A stretch of DNA of 64,000 nt from Squalus acanthias (lineage: Eukaryota), in the NCBI GenBank assembly GCA_030390025.1, contig CM059431.1, positions 128,528,001 through 128,592,000 of the forward strand, given 5' to 3'. Each line of letters opens with the position of its first letter. Positions within the stretch are counted from its first letter, which is position 1. Of the stretch, positions 1-12,631 are shown in pieces. Below the pieces are notes generated by a model, which did not search any database, was not told the origin of the DNA, and saw only the letters and a list, made by a program, of their open reading frames with translations. Both the position numbers and the translations under genes were made by a program.

Positions 1-3000
1 ACCATCAGGTGTCTTGAATCTCCATTCTCTAAGTACCCCATAGAAATCTCAAGTATTACAGTTGTCAAATTGGACCAACTCCTCCCCTTTCTCCAGCAGA
101 AAGCTTGGAAAAGCGGGACGCATTTTACTTCCTTTGGAGATTTGCGCATTTATTTCTTCCATCCAATCCTGTGGCATTGCCCTCACAATCTTCTCATACA
201 TGATCATAATTGCTTTTTCCTCTACCTCCTGATCCTCCTCCCACACCGTGTCCCTCACTATTGCTTCTGGCAACCAACCTGGAATTACCTCATATAATAC
301 ATCTTTTTAATCAATTTCAAAAACATATTATTGTATTCCATATACAATATCCCCTGCCATCCTATCCCACTTCATTTAAAAACATGCTCAAAACAACTCT
401 TCCAAAAACTTGTATTTGACTTCTGAAGAAATCTCTTCACCCATTTGATTCTAAAGGATTTTTTCTTCAAATCAATAACTGGGAAATTGAGTCCTCCCTG
501 ATTTCTCCGTCCAATGATGGTATTGTAAGCAACCAAGGCTGGTTTCCCTTCCCATAAAAACCTCACACAAGCCTCTCAGGTGGACTTTTCCGCCCACTCA
601 GGAATATCCTCAACCGTCAATAAATACCATAGCTTAGATAGCAGGAGAGCGGACACCACTGTCGCTCTTCCTTGCACTTTCAACCACCTTCTTTCCCATC
701 TTCCCAAAATCTTTTTAATTTTCATAACCTTTGGTTCCCAATTTAAGCGATCCACTTCATCCCTGTCCTTCTTAAACCCCATATGCACCCCAGAACTTCC
801 AAAACCTCCACCACCTTAAAGGGGCATTCCTCCAACCACTCCCCCCTACCCCTTCCTGCAACCAGGCATTGGAACTTACTATAATTCACTGTGGCCCCTG
901 AAGCTCTACAATACTCCTCCACTACTCCCATAGCTTTCCTCACTGACTCCCCATCTCTCAACGTTAAGGTTCTGTCATCTGCATATTGGTATACCACCGA
1001 CACCTACCCGGAACTGGGAACTGCAATCCCGACTGCGCCTTGTTCCTTTCGCATCATGTAACCAAATGGTTCTGCTACCAATATGTACAACAATGGGGAC
1101 AGGGGACAACCCTGTCCCACTGACCTCTGTATCGGAAAATACTTGGATAAAAAACAATTACATTTAACACAGCTAAATATGTTTGAATAAAAATTCCTTA
1201 TCCACTCAATTAAATTTTTCCTGAAACCAAATGCTTCCAAAACCATCAATAAAAACTCATGAGAGATCCTATCAAAGGCTTTCTCTTGATCTATCGTTAA
1301 CACATAAGCCTCCCTCCCACTCTCTTCCATGAGGTCTATTGCATCTTGGATTGAGACCACAGAGTCTGCGATGTCCCGGCCTACAACACCATAGGACTGA
1401 GAGAGCAAAACTATCTGCGGCATCACCTCCTTCATACAATTTGCCATAACCCTCGCCAAGATCTTATAATCCACATTTAATAATGTGATGGGCCTCCAAT
1501 TCTTTAGATCCCTTCTATCCCCTATATTTTTATAAACTAAGCTTATGATACCTCTCCTCATAGGTGGGGCCAGGCTTCCCTCAATTTTAATCTCCTCAAA
1601 AACCTCTAAGAGCAACGGACATAAAATCTCTAAAAATTCTTTATAAAATTCTGCACTTAGTCCATCGGACCCTGGGCTTTTCCCCCCTTCATTCTACTTA
1701 TTGCTACTTTTATTTCCGCTAATCCTACTTCTTTGTCACACATGCTTCTCTCATCCTCCTTTAAACCCTCTTCAATAAAAGCACTAACCTTCTCCATCGC
1801 CAATTTGGAAATGTCTTCTTTTGTATATAACTCTTGATAAAAGCTACTAGCCGCCTCTAAAATCTCCCCACTTTCATTAATGATCTTCTCCCCAACCTTC
1901 AACTCTCCAATTAATTATAATCTCTGTCACAGCTTCTCTTGCTCTAGAAAATATCTAGTGCATCTTTCTCTCGCCAATGCATCTTTTGCCTTTGCACAGA
2001 GAATGGCCCCCTTGCATTTTTCAGCTTGCAATAATTCCCACTCTTCCTTTAAAACCACCCACTTGGTCTCTGCTCCCTTATCTCCTCCATCAACTGCTTT
2101 ACAGATATCCATAAACCTTCTGTTTATATTCTCTTCTCGACGCCAGTTAGCTGCCGCTCTCTCTTTCCCATAACTTACCGGGAAAACTTTGACCTCATAT
2201 TTGAAATTGTCCCACCAAACTCTTCTTTCTTTCAAGAATAAAGGTTCCTTCTGAGCATTCTTTATTGTATTTAAAATCCCCTTCTTTATAAGCAATTTCT
2301 TTCAGGTATTGATTGTTTAAAATCCCACACCCCTGGATCGATCTTAACTCTGCTGTTCTTAACTCTAAGAACCAAAGCCGAGGGGTCACTGAAAAATACT
2401 TTTTTGCAATAAATCTCCATCACCTCAGAACTTAACCCTTCCCGCTTTAATACAAAATGTATTCAGCTCTGTTTTAAAAAATCACCCACCAAACCTCTCC
2501 TGGAGAACTCCCTTTTTAATGGGGTTCTGATCCCTCCATAAGACTCTCAAATTTAAATTTGCCATCATTTTTACAATCATCCCTCTGGAGTTATCATCCT
2601 TAAAGGTCATCTGGGCTAAAATATCCATCCGAGACAAAAATACATTGAAATTCCCCCACTATACAAGGCTTTTCCGCCTCTGCCACTTCAGTGAATAACC
2701 ACCGAAAAAACTTGTGACGCTTACAATGGTCGTTCGGTGCATAGATATTAAAGAGATCGCAATTAATTTCCTCTATTTTTACCTTTAGCCATAAAAATCT
2801 CCCCTCAGTGTCCTTGTTCACCAAGGCAACGTTCTTTTTATGGACAGACTCACCAAAACAGCCACCCCTCTACGGTTATTGTTTGCACAACTTGCAAACA
2901 CCTCCCTTCTAAACACTTTCTAGGATATTCTCATCCCGCAACAGGTCAGTGCCTTTAAAACACTGCAACAACTGCTGCAATTTTTTCTCACCCCTCAGTC

Positions 3001-3031
3001 CATTCACATTAATCGAGACCAATGTAATCAT
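1..3031 (-). pseudogene. Tx1 ORF2 (APE endonuclease + reverse transcriptase), frameshifted
   Basis: Collinear ORF fragments 2909-3094, 2600-2824, 1927-2295, 1657-1902, 1004-1615, 743-1003, 576-788, 372-566. Confidence 0.9.
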
Positions 3032-3049
3032 GTGCCTGATAATCCCCCC

Positions 3050-5420
3050 ATCTTTTAATCTCCGGCCCTTCCCTCCTCTCATGCTCCTTCCCAACTTTTC
3101 AGGCAGCTGTTGCTTTCTCCTGCAGCCTCCGGCTCTTTTTCACCTCCTGTTTGAACATTCTCTGCCGTTTCAGCCTCTTCCTTACATTAGGTTTGGGCTG
3201 AGGAGCTGCCTCTTCTCCCTCCTTCTGCCCTCACTAACCTTTCCTTTTCCACACGATGCCACCCCACCCCCCACTTCCATGTCTCTGTCCCCCTCTGACT
3301 CCTCACTCTCGAGCTCTTCTGTAACCTCCCGTCCCTGCTCCGCATCAGAAATATAGTGGTGAGTTTGCCAATGGGGGCGCGTTGGAGGCGGGACTGCTGC
3401 TTGTCGGGTTTTAGTCCCGCCCCTAACAAATTGTGGCCAACCCACGCTATTTTCCCTTGATTGACCTTGTTAAGCCCGCCCAGTGGGCTTAGCAGGCCAA
3501 TTAAGGGAAAGCCGGTGACAGAGGACGTCAACTTATGACGTTTCATCTGTCAAAAATTTTTGACAGATGAATTGTCATCGTTTGAGAAGCTGTCAAACAC
3601 TGACATTCTCTGTTGTTTGGTGAGTTCTTGTACTCAAGACTCACCAAACCTATTTCCAGTGCAGAAATCAGGTGGCTGTTCCATCGGAGAATGCAGCAGC
3701 CATTCTGTTATCTGTGCTGTGGAGATGCCGGAGCCTCCGGATCCCCAACGATTGAAGCCTGCAGGAAGAAACAAAGGTAAGGAAACTTTTTCTAACAGTT
3801 TTCACTCACCTCACATACTTACCTCTCCACACTTGCAACCATCGCTCACCTCCACAGCGCACTTTTGGACGCTTTCAACCTCGCAGACCCACTGCTCGCC
3901 TCGCTGACCCTGGCGGGGTTTCCCGATGTCGGGAAGCCCGCACCTCTGCTGGAAAAATGGGGATAATCCTCTTAACTGCCTGTTAACTACCTGTTAACAG
4001 GCAGTTAAGTGGCTGTAATCCCCTTCCCGCCTCCAGGAGACGGGACCCGGTGCGAGTCGGGTACCCGCCTCCTGGGAAGATGGCATGGAGGTGGGTTGGG
4101 GGTGGGATGGGTACCCGTCCCCAGATTCTACCATTTTCCCGGCAGTCCAGCCTCCAAACCCGCCTCCCCAGAGCTGGCAAAATCACCCCAAGAATTTCCC
4201 TTAGAGAGTCTTCCTGCTGTCACGGTTTCTCCAACAGTGCCACTCCCTTCGGCCTAACCTCCACCTCTGACTCTTGCTCCCCATTTCTTCTCTCTCTGGG
4301 ACAATGGCGCATCTGCAACTATCTTGCTCCCTTCTGGCGTCTTTGTCTCCCCGCTCCCATCCTGCTGCCTCTTTAAGGCTCCTGCCTCTTGCACCCTCTC
4401 CTTGTCTTGCCCCCTCCTACTCCCCGAGATGTCTGACTCCCCATCTTTCTTTGGAGTACTTACACTTACCCGCACCCTGCCTCCTCTCCCCCCGCGGACA
4501 CCACAGATTCTTTAGGGAGAGCCGAGCTGTATTATGGCGCGACTCTGCCTTCGCCCCATGCTGCCCTCTGCTGTCTTTGTCCTTTTCCACCATACTTGGT
4601 GTGTTTTCCACCATCTCCATCCTGTTCTCTGCCTCTTCCTGCGCTCTTTTCTCCTTCCATTCACCAGCTGTGACCTCCGCCTGCTCCGCTCCTCCGGCCG
4701 CTCCACTCACACCTCCTGCTGATTCTCCCATCTCCTCGTCACTCAAGGGGCTTCCTTCTGCTTCACACTCACACCTTTGTGACACACCCCACAGCTCTCC
4801 GTCTTTCAGCTCCGAGCAATGTGTCTAGACTCGTCACTGTTATAACAGTACAAGTCTGGACAGCTTCTTACAAGATGGTCGTGTCCAAGACAATAATAAC
4901 AAACCTTCACCTGGTTATCATGCAGTACCCGGAATTACTTCATTCCTTCATGCAATGACTTCACCCCCTCTGGGAACCGCACCTTTACATAATGGGTTCC
5001 ATCTGCTACCTGCGTTCCTGGATAGTATCTCCTCTTTATTGCCGAGCAAATTTTAATGTCCCACGACTCCAATTTTTTGATTAGCACATCATCCTCAATA
5101 TAAACCAGCAGATTTAAGAATGAGACCATCACCTCTTCAGAATATAGCAGAGATACTTCCAAGAACTTACCTCCAACCTTCAAACTTAGTAAAAGTCTTT
5201 CCACCTCCTCTCGGCCACTGACCGTCACCTCGAACCCAACATTCAGCTTTGGTCAGCAGGCAAAGCAGCTTCCCTCGCCGCAGTCCTCATGTACCGCCTG
5301 GATAATATCCCAAGCTTGTATCTCCTTATCCTCGCACTGAACCACCACCGTGATTCCTTTTCCAAGACTCCTGGGGTCCCGGCCCAAATCTTTGGGCTTT
5401 TTTTCTCCCTTCCCCAACAT
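3050..5420 (-). pseudogene. Tx1 ORF1 (gag-like, zinc knuckles, acidic/charged C-terminus), interrupted by a MITE
   Basis: ORF 4935-5228 plus the CCHC region and E/K-rich tail fragments 4254-4785 and 3182-3355. Confidence 0.75.
3356..4189. mobile_element. Non-autonomous TIR element (Harbinger-like MITE) inserted in Tx1 ORF1
   Basis: Imperfect TIRs gtggtgagtttgcca (3356-3370) / tggcaaaatcacccc (4175-4189); Tx1 ORF1 sequence resumes on both sides; TSD not clear. Confidence 0.7.
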
Positions 5421-5631
5421 TTTCTCCCCTGATTAAATTCATCCTGGGAACATTGTCCTCTGAGGGGCCCTGCACTCCAGGCCCCTCAGCAGCCATTGGC
5501 TGCTGTTTAAGGGCCAGAAAGGTTCTAAAACCTGCAAAAAAAGCACCACCAACTTTTTACAAACTTACTCCAACTCCCTGCAGTAATCAAGCACCCAGCA
5601 GCACCTGCTCACTCCTAGCCCCTCCCACCTA

Positions 5632-5663
5632 GAGAGTGCTACCCACTGAGCTACAGATGTCAC
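5632..5663 (-). mobile_element. 5' tRNA-like head (A-box region only) of a DeuSINE
   Basis: Minus strand reads gtgacatctgtagctcagtgggtagcactctc, matching the SINE heads at about 39546-39575 and about 28770-28788. Confidence 0.65.
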
Positions 5664-5669
5664 AACATC

Positions 5670-7040
5670 AACATCAGTTGTGGGGAAGTGACTAGAATCT
5701 GTTATTAGGGACAGAGTGACTGAGCATTTGGATCAATATGATCTGATCAAAGAGAGCCAGCATGGATTTGTAAAGGGTAAGTCATGTCTAACGAACCTAA
5801 ATTGAATTTTTTGAGGAGGTTAACAAATGTGGTAAATAAGGGCGTGTCTATGGATGTTATTTATATGAACTTGCAGAAGGTATTCGAAAAGGTTCCTCAT
5901 AAGAGAATTTTAAAAATGAGAGTGCTTGGAATTGGAGGCAACCTTTTGGCTTGGATAAGGAATTTGTTAGGAGGCAGGATACAGAGAGTAGGGATAATGG
6001 GTATGTACTGAAATTGGCAGGATGTGACACGTGGTGTCCCCCAGGGATCTGTACTGGGGCCTCAGCTTTTCACTATATTTATAACTGACTTGGATGAAGG
6101 AATAGCGAGCCGGACGTCCAAGTGCGCTGATGACATTAAGTTAGGTGGCACCATAAATAGTGTAGATGGCAGCAGAAAGTTGAAAAAGGGCATTGATAGA
6201 TTAAGTGAGTAGCCAAAACAGTGGTAGATGGAGTTCACTGTGAGAAAGTGTGAGGTCATCCACTTTGAGCCTAAGAAAGATTGATCAGAGTATTTTCTAA
6301 ATGGCAAGAAGCTAGGAACTGTGGAGGAATAGGGAGATTTAGGGGTCCAAGTACAGAAATCACTAAAAGCCAGTGGACAGGTACACAGAATAATTAAAAA
6401 AGATAATGGAATATTCACCTTTACCTCAAGGGGGCTGGAATACAAAAGATTGGAAGCTATTTTACAGCTGTACAGAGCTCTGGTTACACCCTATTTAGAG
6501 TACGGTGTTCAGTTCTGGGCACCGCTCCTCAGGAAGCATGTATTGACCCTGGAGGAGGTGCAGCGCAGATTCACCAGAATGATACCGGGTCTAAAAGGAT
6601 TAAATTATGAGGACAGGTTGCATAGACTAGGCTTGTATTTCTTTGAATATAGAAGATTAAGGGGTGACATAACTGAGATGTTTAGATGATCAAAGGATTT
6701 GATATGGTAGATAGAGAGAAACTGTTTCCTCTGGTGAGGACTGTCCAGAACAAGAGACCTTAAAATTAGAGCTAGGGCATTCAGGGGTGATGTCAAGAAG
6801 CACTTCTTCACTCAAAGGGTAGTGGAAATCTGGAACTCTCTGCCCCAAAAAGCTGTTGAGTCTAAGTCAATAGAAAATTTCAAAACTGAGATTGATAGAT
6901 TTTTGTTAGGTTAAGGGTATTAAGGGATATCAAACCAAGACAGGAAGATGGAGTTAATATATAGATCAGCCATGATCTCATTGAATGACGGAACAGGCTC
7001 GAGGAGCTAAGTGGCCTACTCCCATTCCTATGTTCCTATG
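5670..7040 (+). mobile_element. CR1 LINE, 5'-truncated and decayed
   Basis: RT fragments (GVPQGSVLGPQLF, CADDIKLGG, LEYGVQFWAP); CR1 3' tail gatcagccatgatc...ggcctact...cctatgttcctatg. Confidence 0.92.
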
Positions 7041-7354
7041 GTTGTAGGCTAGCTTTTCCTTGGGAGGGAGAAAAGACAATGTAGTATAGACACTTACCCC
7101 ATATAAGGGCATGCATGTCATTATGATGAGATGTGGAGGTGCTTGTACCTTTAAGTGAGTAATAATGATGATTATCAGTAGCCCTTGTGCCAAGCAATGT
7201 GAGTAAGGAAGCTGCTTACGTCATTGCAGAGATTGCCCTTTGTAAAAGTGAGTTTGCCTGATACTCAGATACTGAGAAAGAGGATGAAAGGATTTGAATA
7301 AATATTGCCTCAGTGGTAGCATGTGTATGTGTATTGGCAACAGTGCCTTGACTT

Positions 7355-9650
7355 AAATAACAACAGAAAATGCTGGAAACACTCAGCAGGTCAGGCAACA
7401 TTGAGGAGAGAGAAACAGAGTCAACGTTTCGGGTCGAGGACCCTTCGTCAGAACTGGAAAAGTTTAGAGAAGAGAGATTTTTAAGCAGGGGCAGGGAGGA
7501 GGGGAGGAAAGAACAAAGGGAAGGTCTGTGACAGGCTGGAAGGCAGGAGAGATTGACTGACAAAAAGCATGATAGTGCAAGGCATAAAGAGAGGTAATGG
7601 GACAAGTTAAGAAACAAAAGATGACTCTAGATGAGGTGTGAAGGGCAACAACAGAATCATCAACAGCTACCATGTGAGAAGACAAGGGGGAAAAAGATAT
7701 ATAGAGGCCGAAGTTATAGGCTGAAATTGTTGAACTCGATATTAAGTCTAGAAGGCTGTAAAGTGCCTAATCGAAAGATAAGGTGCTATTCCTCGAGCTT
7801 AAGTTGAGCTTCATTGGAACAGTGTAAGAGGCCGAGGACGGAGAGATCAGAGTGGGAGTGGAGCAGAGAATTAAAGTGACAGGCGACCGGAAGCTCAGGG
7901 TCACGCTTGCGGACTGAATGGAGGTGTTCCGCAAAGCGGTCACCCAATCTGCGTTTGGTCTCGCCAATGTAGAGGAGACCGCATCGTGAGCAGCGAATAC
8001 AGTATACTAAATTGTAAGAAGTACAAATAAATTGCTGTTTTACCTGGAAGGAGTGTTTGGGGCCCTGGACAGTGGGAAGAAAGGAGGTAAAAGGGCAGGA
8101 GTTGCATCTTGCATGTGAAGGTGCCGGGCGAAGGGGTGTTGGAGGTGATAGAGGAGTGGTCCAGGGTGCCACAGAGGGAGCGGTCCCTTCGGAATGCTGA
8201 AAGGGGAGGTGAGGGGAAGATGCGTTTGGTGGTGGGATCACGCTGGAGGTGGCAGAAATGGCGCAGGATGGTCCGTTGAATGTGGTGGCTGGTGGGGTGA
8301 AAGGTAAGGACAAGGGGAACCCTATCATGGTTCTGGGAGGGAGGGGAAAGGGTGAGAGCAGAAGTGCGGGAAATGGAACAGACACGGTTGAGGGCCATGT
8401 CAACCACGGTAGAGGGGAATCCTCGGTTGAGGAAAAAGGAAGACATACCGGAAGCATTAGTATGGAAGGTGGCATCGTCAGAACAGATACGGCGGAGACG
8501 GAGAAACTGAGAGAATGGAATAGAGTCCTTACAGGAAGTGGGGTGGGAGGAAGTGTAGTCCAGATAGCTGTGGGAGTCAGTGGGCTTATAGTGGATGTTG
8601 GTCGATAGCCTATCCCCAGAAATGGAGACAGAGAAGTCGAGGAAGGGGAGGGAAGAGTTGGAGATGGACCATGTGAAGGTGAGGGAAGGGTTGAAATTAG
8701 AAGCAAAGTGAATGAAATTTTCTAGTTCAGGGCGAGAGCAGGAAACAGCACCAATACAGTCATCAATGTACCGGAAAAAGAGGTGAGGGAGGGGACCTGA
8801 GTAGGACTGGAACAAAGAATGTTCCACATATCCCACAAAAAGGCAGGCATAGCTAGGACCCATGCGGGTTCCATAGCAACACCTTCAATTTGGAGGAAGT
8901 GAGTGGAGTCAAAGGAGAAGTTGTTCAATGTGAGAACAAGTTCAGCCAGGCGAAGGAGGGTAGTGGTGGAAGGGGACTGATTGGGCCTCTGTTCAAGGAA
9001 TAAGTGGAGCGCCTTCAGGCCGTCCTGGTGGGGTATGGAGGTGTAGAGTGATTGGATGTCCATAGTGAAAAGGAGACGGTTGGGGCCAGGAAACTGGAAA
9101 CTGTTAAAGTGGCGGAGGGCGTCAGAAGAGTCGCGGATGTAGGTGGGAAGAGACTGGACAAGGGGAGAAAAAATAGAGTCAAGATAGGAAGAAATAAGTT
9201 CTGTGTGGCAAGAACAGGCTGAAACGATGGGTCTACCAGGGCAGTCCTGTTTATGGATCTTGGGAAGGAGGTAGAAGCGGGCTGTGCGGGGTTGGGGGAC
9301 TATGAAGTTGGTGGTCATGGAGGAAAGATCTCCAGAGGAGATGAGGTCTGTGACAGTCTTGTAAACGATTGCTTGATGTTTGGTGGTGGGGCCATGGTCC
9401 AGGGGGAGGTAGGAGGAAGTGTCAGAGTTACCATTCAGCCTCTGCACGGTAGAGGTCGGTTCGCCAAACAACAACAGCATCACCCTTGTCAGCAGGTTTA
9501 ATGACAATGTTAGGGTTGGATCGGAGAGAACGGAGTGCTGCAAGTTCAGAGGGAGGTAGGTTGGAGTGAGGGGAAGCAAAGAAATTGAGGCGGCCGATGT
9601 CATGCCAGCAATTAGCAATGAAAAGATCTAGAGAGGGTAAGAGGCCAGAG
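7355..9650 (-). mobile_element. Penelope-like element (RT + GIY-YIG endonuclease), 5'-truncated
   Basis: FYLLPKIHK...GRPIVS, TMDIQSLYTSIPH, MGPSYACLFVG, FFRYIDDC, HYKPTDSHSYL and LVYCIRCSRCGLLYIGETKRRLGDRFAEH; 3' terminal region contains a hammerhead core. Confidence 0.93.
7418..7455 (-). ncRNA. Minimal type I hammerhead ribozyme motif in the Penelope terminus
   Basis: Minus strand AGUU-CUGACGA-A-GGGUC(CUC)GACCC-GAAA-CG-UU-GACU: both core boxes, 5-bp stem II, palindromic ACGU stem III, 4-bp stem I. Confidence 0.75.
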
Positions 9651-9654
9651 GGTG

Positions 9655-10191
9655 TTGTCCTTGACTTACCTTAATTGCCCTTGTAAGGTCATTGAAACTC
9701 CTCCAACATTGAGTGACGGTTCTTGGGGTGGTGGAAGTAGCATTGACTGCTCTGCCCCCTCCCTTCAGATAGTCTACGCCACCTTCTTTTTGAGCTTCCT
9801 GACCTCAGTTCTCAACAATCTTGCTGTTCTGGCTCTGACATTTGCCAAATGTACCTCCAGGGCTGCGTCTGAGAATCTGGGAGCTATGCTAGCTCCTGAC
9901 ACCCTCAAGATTGCTGCTACTTCAGCCATTATTGCAAAAAAGTGATGTTGACCTTTAACTGGCTGCAGCCTTTTAAAGGCGGTATTCCAGTTGTGCTGCT
10001 AACTTACTAATGCGAGGGAGCCTTCCGAGACAGGTGGGCTTTCCAAGACAGGTGGGCGCCGTGGGGACTGGAGTGCATCGTCTCCCTGGCCGACGAAATA
10101 TTAATTTAATTTGATAAGTTTTATTTGAGGGTCCACTAAACTACAGTTACCCGGTTCAACAAAAGAGGCTAATGGGAGGGAAATCCAGGCC
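9655..10191 (-). mobile_element. Harbinger fragment (Myb/SANT gene exon 1 and terminal repeat)
   Basis: Minus strand APRFSDAALEV...FNDLTRAIK followed by gtaagt donor; end gaaatccaggcc. Confidence 0.6.
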
Positions 10192-10324
10192 ATGAAGTCA
10201 TCTTAATCTAAATCCATTATGTACATGGCTGCATCTTACCCTCATACTAAACAATTGAAATTTCAGGCCCATACTTTTTACTGTTTGGTTCCCAACTCAT
10301 TTATTCCGTTTTGGAAAATTAAAT

Positions 10325-10830
10325 GGCCTAGAAATTGGATATAGCCATGAAATTGGATATAGCCATGAAACGGGCAGTGTTAAGGCCAAACGATGTTCAG
10401 CTGCGCCACCTGAAAATGCTGTAGGTAGTTTGCTCACTCCTCATTAACATGATTATAGTCATGATTTCAGCACTAAAACTGCTGCTCATTGGCTTAAGGC
10501 GCAAAAGGTGGATCAATATCGGGTCCAGTCTAATTCACAGTCATGTGTGGCACAGGCTTTTTCCACTACTTAAAGAGGAGGTGGATTAATGCTACTGTAC
10601 TTCATTGCTAGAGCAGTTGGATCTGCAGTTGCCCCAATGAGTCCTGGATAGATAGACATGGCAGATTGTGTGCCAGGTAGAGAGCCAGGAGGTTCTCTGG
10701 TGAAGATCTGGAGGCACTTGTAGTGGCTGTGGAGAGGAGGCAGGCTGTAATCTACCCCAAAGTAACAGGAAGCCCTGGCCATATACACCCCGTACCATGT
10801 GGCAGGGAGATAGTGGCCCATGTGACAGCC
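10325..10830 (+). mobile_element. Internally deleted Harbinger derivative (left end)
   Basis: Starts ggcctagaaatt; shares blocks (ggtggatcaatatcggg, cttaaagagg) with 62764-63200; contains an 18-bp tandem duplication at about 10331-10370. Confidence 0.5.
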
Positions 10831-10834
10831 AGCA

Positions 10835-11540
10835 CTGTGGTGGTGGACATTTAAGTCTCCCACCCAGAGTACCTTCTGTGCCCTTGCTACCCTTGGTGCT
10901 TCTTCCAATTGGTGTTCAACATGTACTGATTCATCAGCTGAGGGAGGGCAGTAGGTGGTAATCAGCAGGAGGTTTCTTTGCCTATGTTTGGCCTGATGCC
11001 ATGAGACTTCATGGGGTCCAGAGTCAATGTTGAGGACTCCCAGGGCCACTCGCTCCTGACTGTGTACCACTGTGCTGCCTCCTCTGGTGCCCTGTTCCAC
11101 TGGCAGGACAGACCTAGTGATGGACATGGACGAGTCTGGGATGTTGGCTGAAAGGTATGATTCTGTGAGTATGACTGTCAGACTATTGCTTGACTAATCT
11201 ATGGGACAGCTCTCCCAGTTGTGGCACAAATCCCCAGATGTTAGTGAGGAGGACTTTGCAAGGTTGACTGGGCTGGGTGTACCTTTGTCATGTCTGAATC
11301 TGGTGCCTAGGTCAATGCTAGGTGGTCTGTCCAGTTTTATTCTTATAGTATTTTGTAGTGTTTTTGATGCAACTAAATGGCTTGCTAGGCCATTTCAGAG
11401 GGCAGTTAAGAGTCACATATCTGGAGTTACATATAGGCCAGACTGGGTAAGGACAGCAGATGTCCTTCCCTAAAGGACATTAGTGAACCAGATGGGTTTT
11501 TACCAGTAGTTTCATAGTCACTATTACTGATACTAGCTTT
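10835..11540 (-). mobile_element. Non-LTR retrotransposon fragment (APE endonuclease region; CR1/L2-group, clade unassigned)
   Basis: LLITTYCPPSADES...VLWVGDLNVHH is an APE-like YRPP/GDFN pattern. Confidence 0.7.
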
Positions 11541-12339
11541 TTAATACCGAGCCCAATTTGTCACCCCGGGAGTTAATGACCTTCTGGATTTCTTCTAGGG
11601 GTTGGAGCCTGTCAAAGTGTTCATTCTTTTGAAGAGATTTTTGGTAACTTTCTAAACTAACTTTTTCTTCTCTAGGCAACCCTGGAGATCTATAAATCTG
11701 CACACTATTCCCTGAAGGCCTCATTAGTTTCTGATAGATTTGGATTCCTAGTCCTATCGTTATATGAATACCTAATGTTAGGTTTGGCTTATTTCACTCA
11801 TAGCTTTTTAATTTGGATGTTTAATAATTGGCGTACCTTGTTCCTTTTCTTCAAGTATTTAACTTTGATCTTGAAGGGCCAGATTCTTATTTTTAGCTCG
11901 AATACTGCTGAGTTTAATTTCATCTGCTGAAAGGACAACATTACATATAGATCAGGTTTTGAAGAACATTTCATTTTCATGCTGATGTCTGCTGCCAGCA
12001 CTATCCAATTGTAGTGGAAAGAGTGAAATGTGCTTTTCCCCCTGTAAAAATGCTATTCTTGCTTGCCAAATGTTTATTGGAGTGTAATAATCAATTTAGA
12101 TGGTGTGAGTTTCTTTTCTATAACTTTAATGAATCCATGCAACTCAACACAAAGCTAAAATTACAGAAGAATTATTTTTGCATCATCATGCATTTTTCTT
12201 GCTGTGTATTGTAATCACTGTTCCTCAACCAAAGGGGAAGATAGATGACCTATTTCTAAACATTCGACAATGTCACACTTCATCTGTTCATTGGAATTAC
12301 AGAATGGAAGTTCTTCCCTATGATTCCCCAGTTGGTAAG

Positions 12340-12600
12340 TTTCTGATGACGGTAATCAGGGAGGAATTGCTCCACCACAATGAACAAGAGAAATTGTAAT
12401 GCGAGGAGGTTATGGAGCAGCATCAGCATAGTAAGGAAACAGCTCCGTTCCTTCATTGTCGCTGGGTGAAAATCTTGGAATTTCATATCTAACACCACTA
12501 TCCCCACAAGGACTGCAGCTGTTCAAGAAGAAGGTCCACCACCATCATCTCCGCGCAATCAGGCATGGACAATAAATGTGGTTTGCCACTGTTACCCATT
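12340..12600 (+). mobile_element. Old LINE 3'-end fragment (same family as 12632-13270, opposite orientation)
   Basis: ggactgcagctgttcaagaagaaggtccaccaccatc...ggacaataaatg matches the reverse complement of 12690-12760. Confidence 0.5.
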
Positions 12601-12631
12601 AACAGAAAAAGGAACTATGCAATCTCTTTAA

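Larger units (their letters stand above)
1..5630 (-). mobile_element. Tx1-like (L1 clade) non-LTR retrotransposon, decayed; 3' part extends beyond the left edge of the window
   Basis: ORF1-like fragments (IKRRYYPGTQVADGTHYVKVRFP; CCHC knuckle CYYCLGHDHLVRSC near 4840-4900), APE endonuclease start (MITLVSINVNGLR; FNIYAPND) and L1-type RT motifs (DLKNWRPITLLNVDYKILA, IDQEKAFDRISH, QGCPLSPLLY, YADD), all on the minus strand with frameshifts. Confidence 0.92.
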
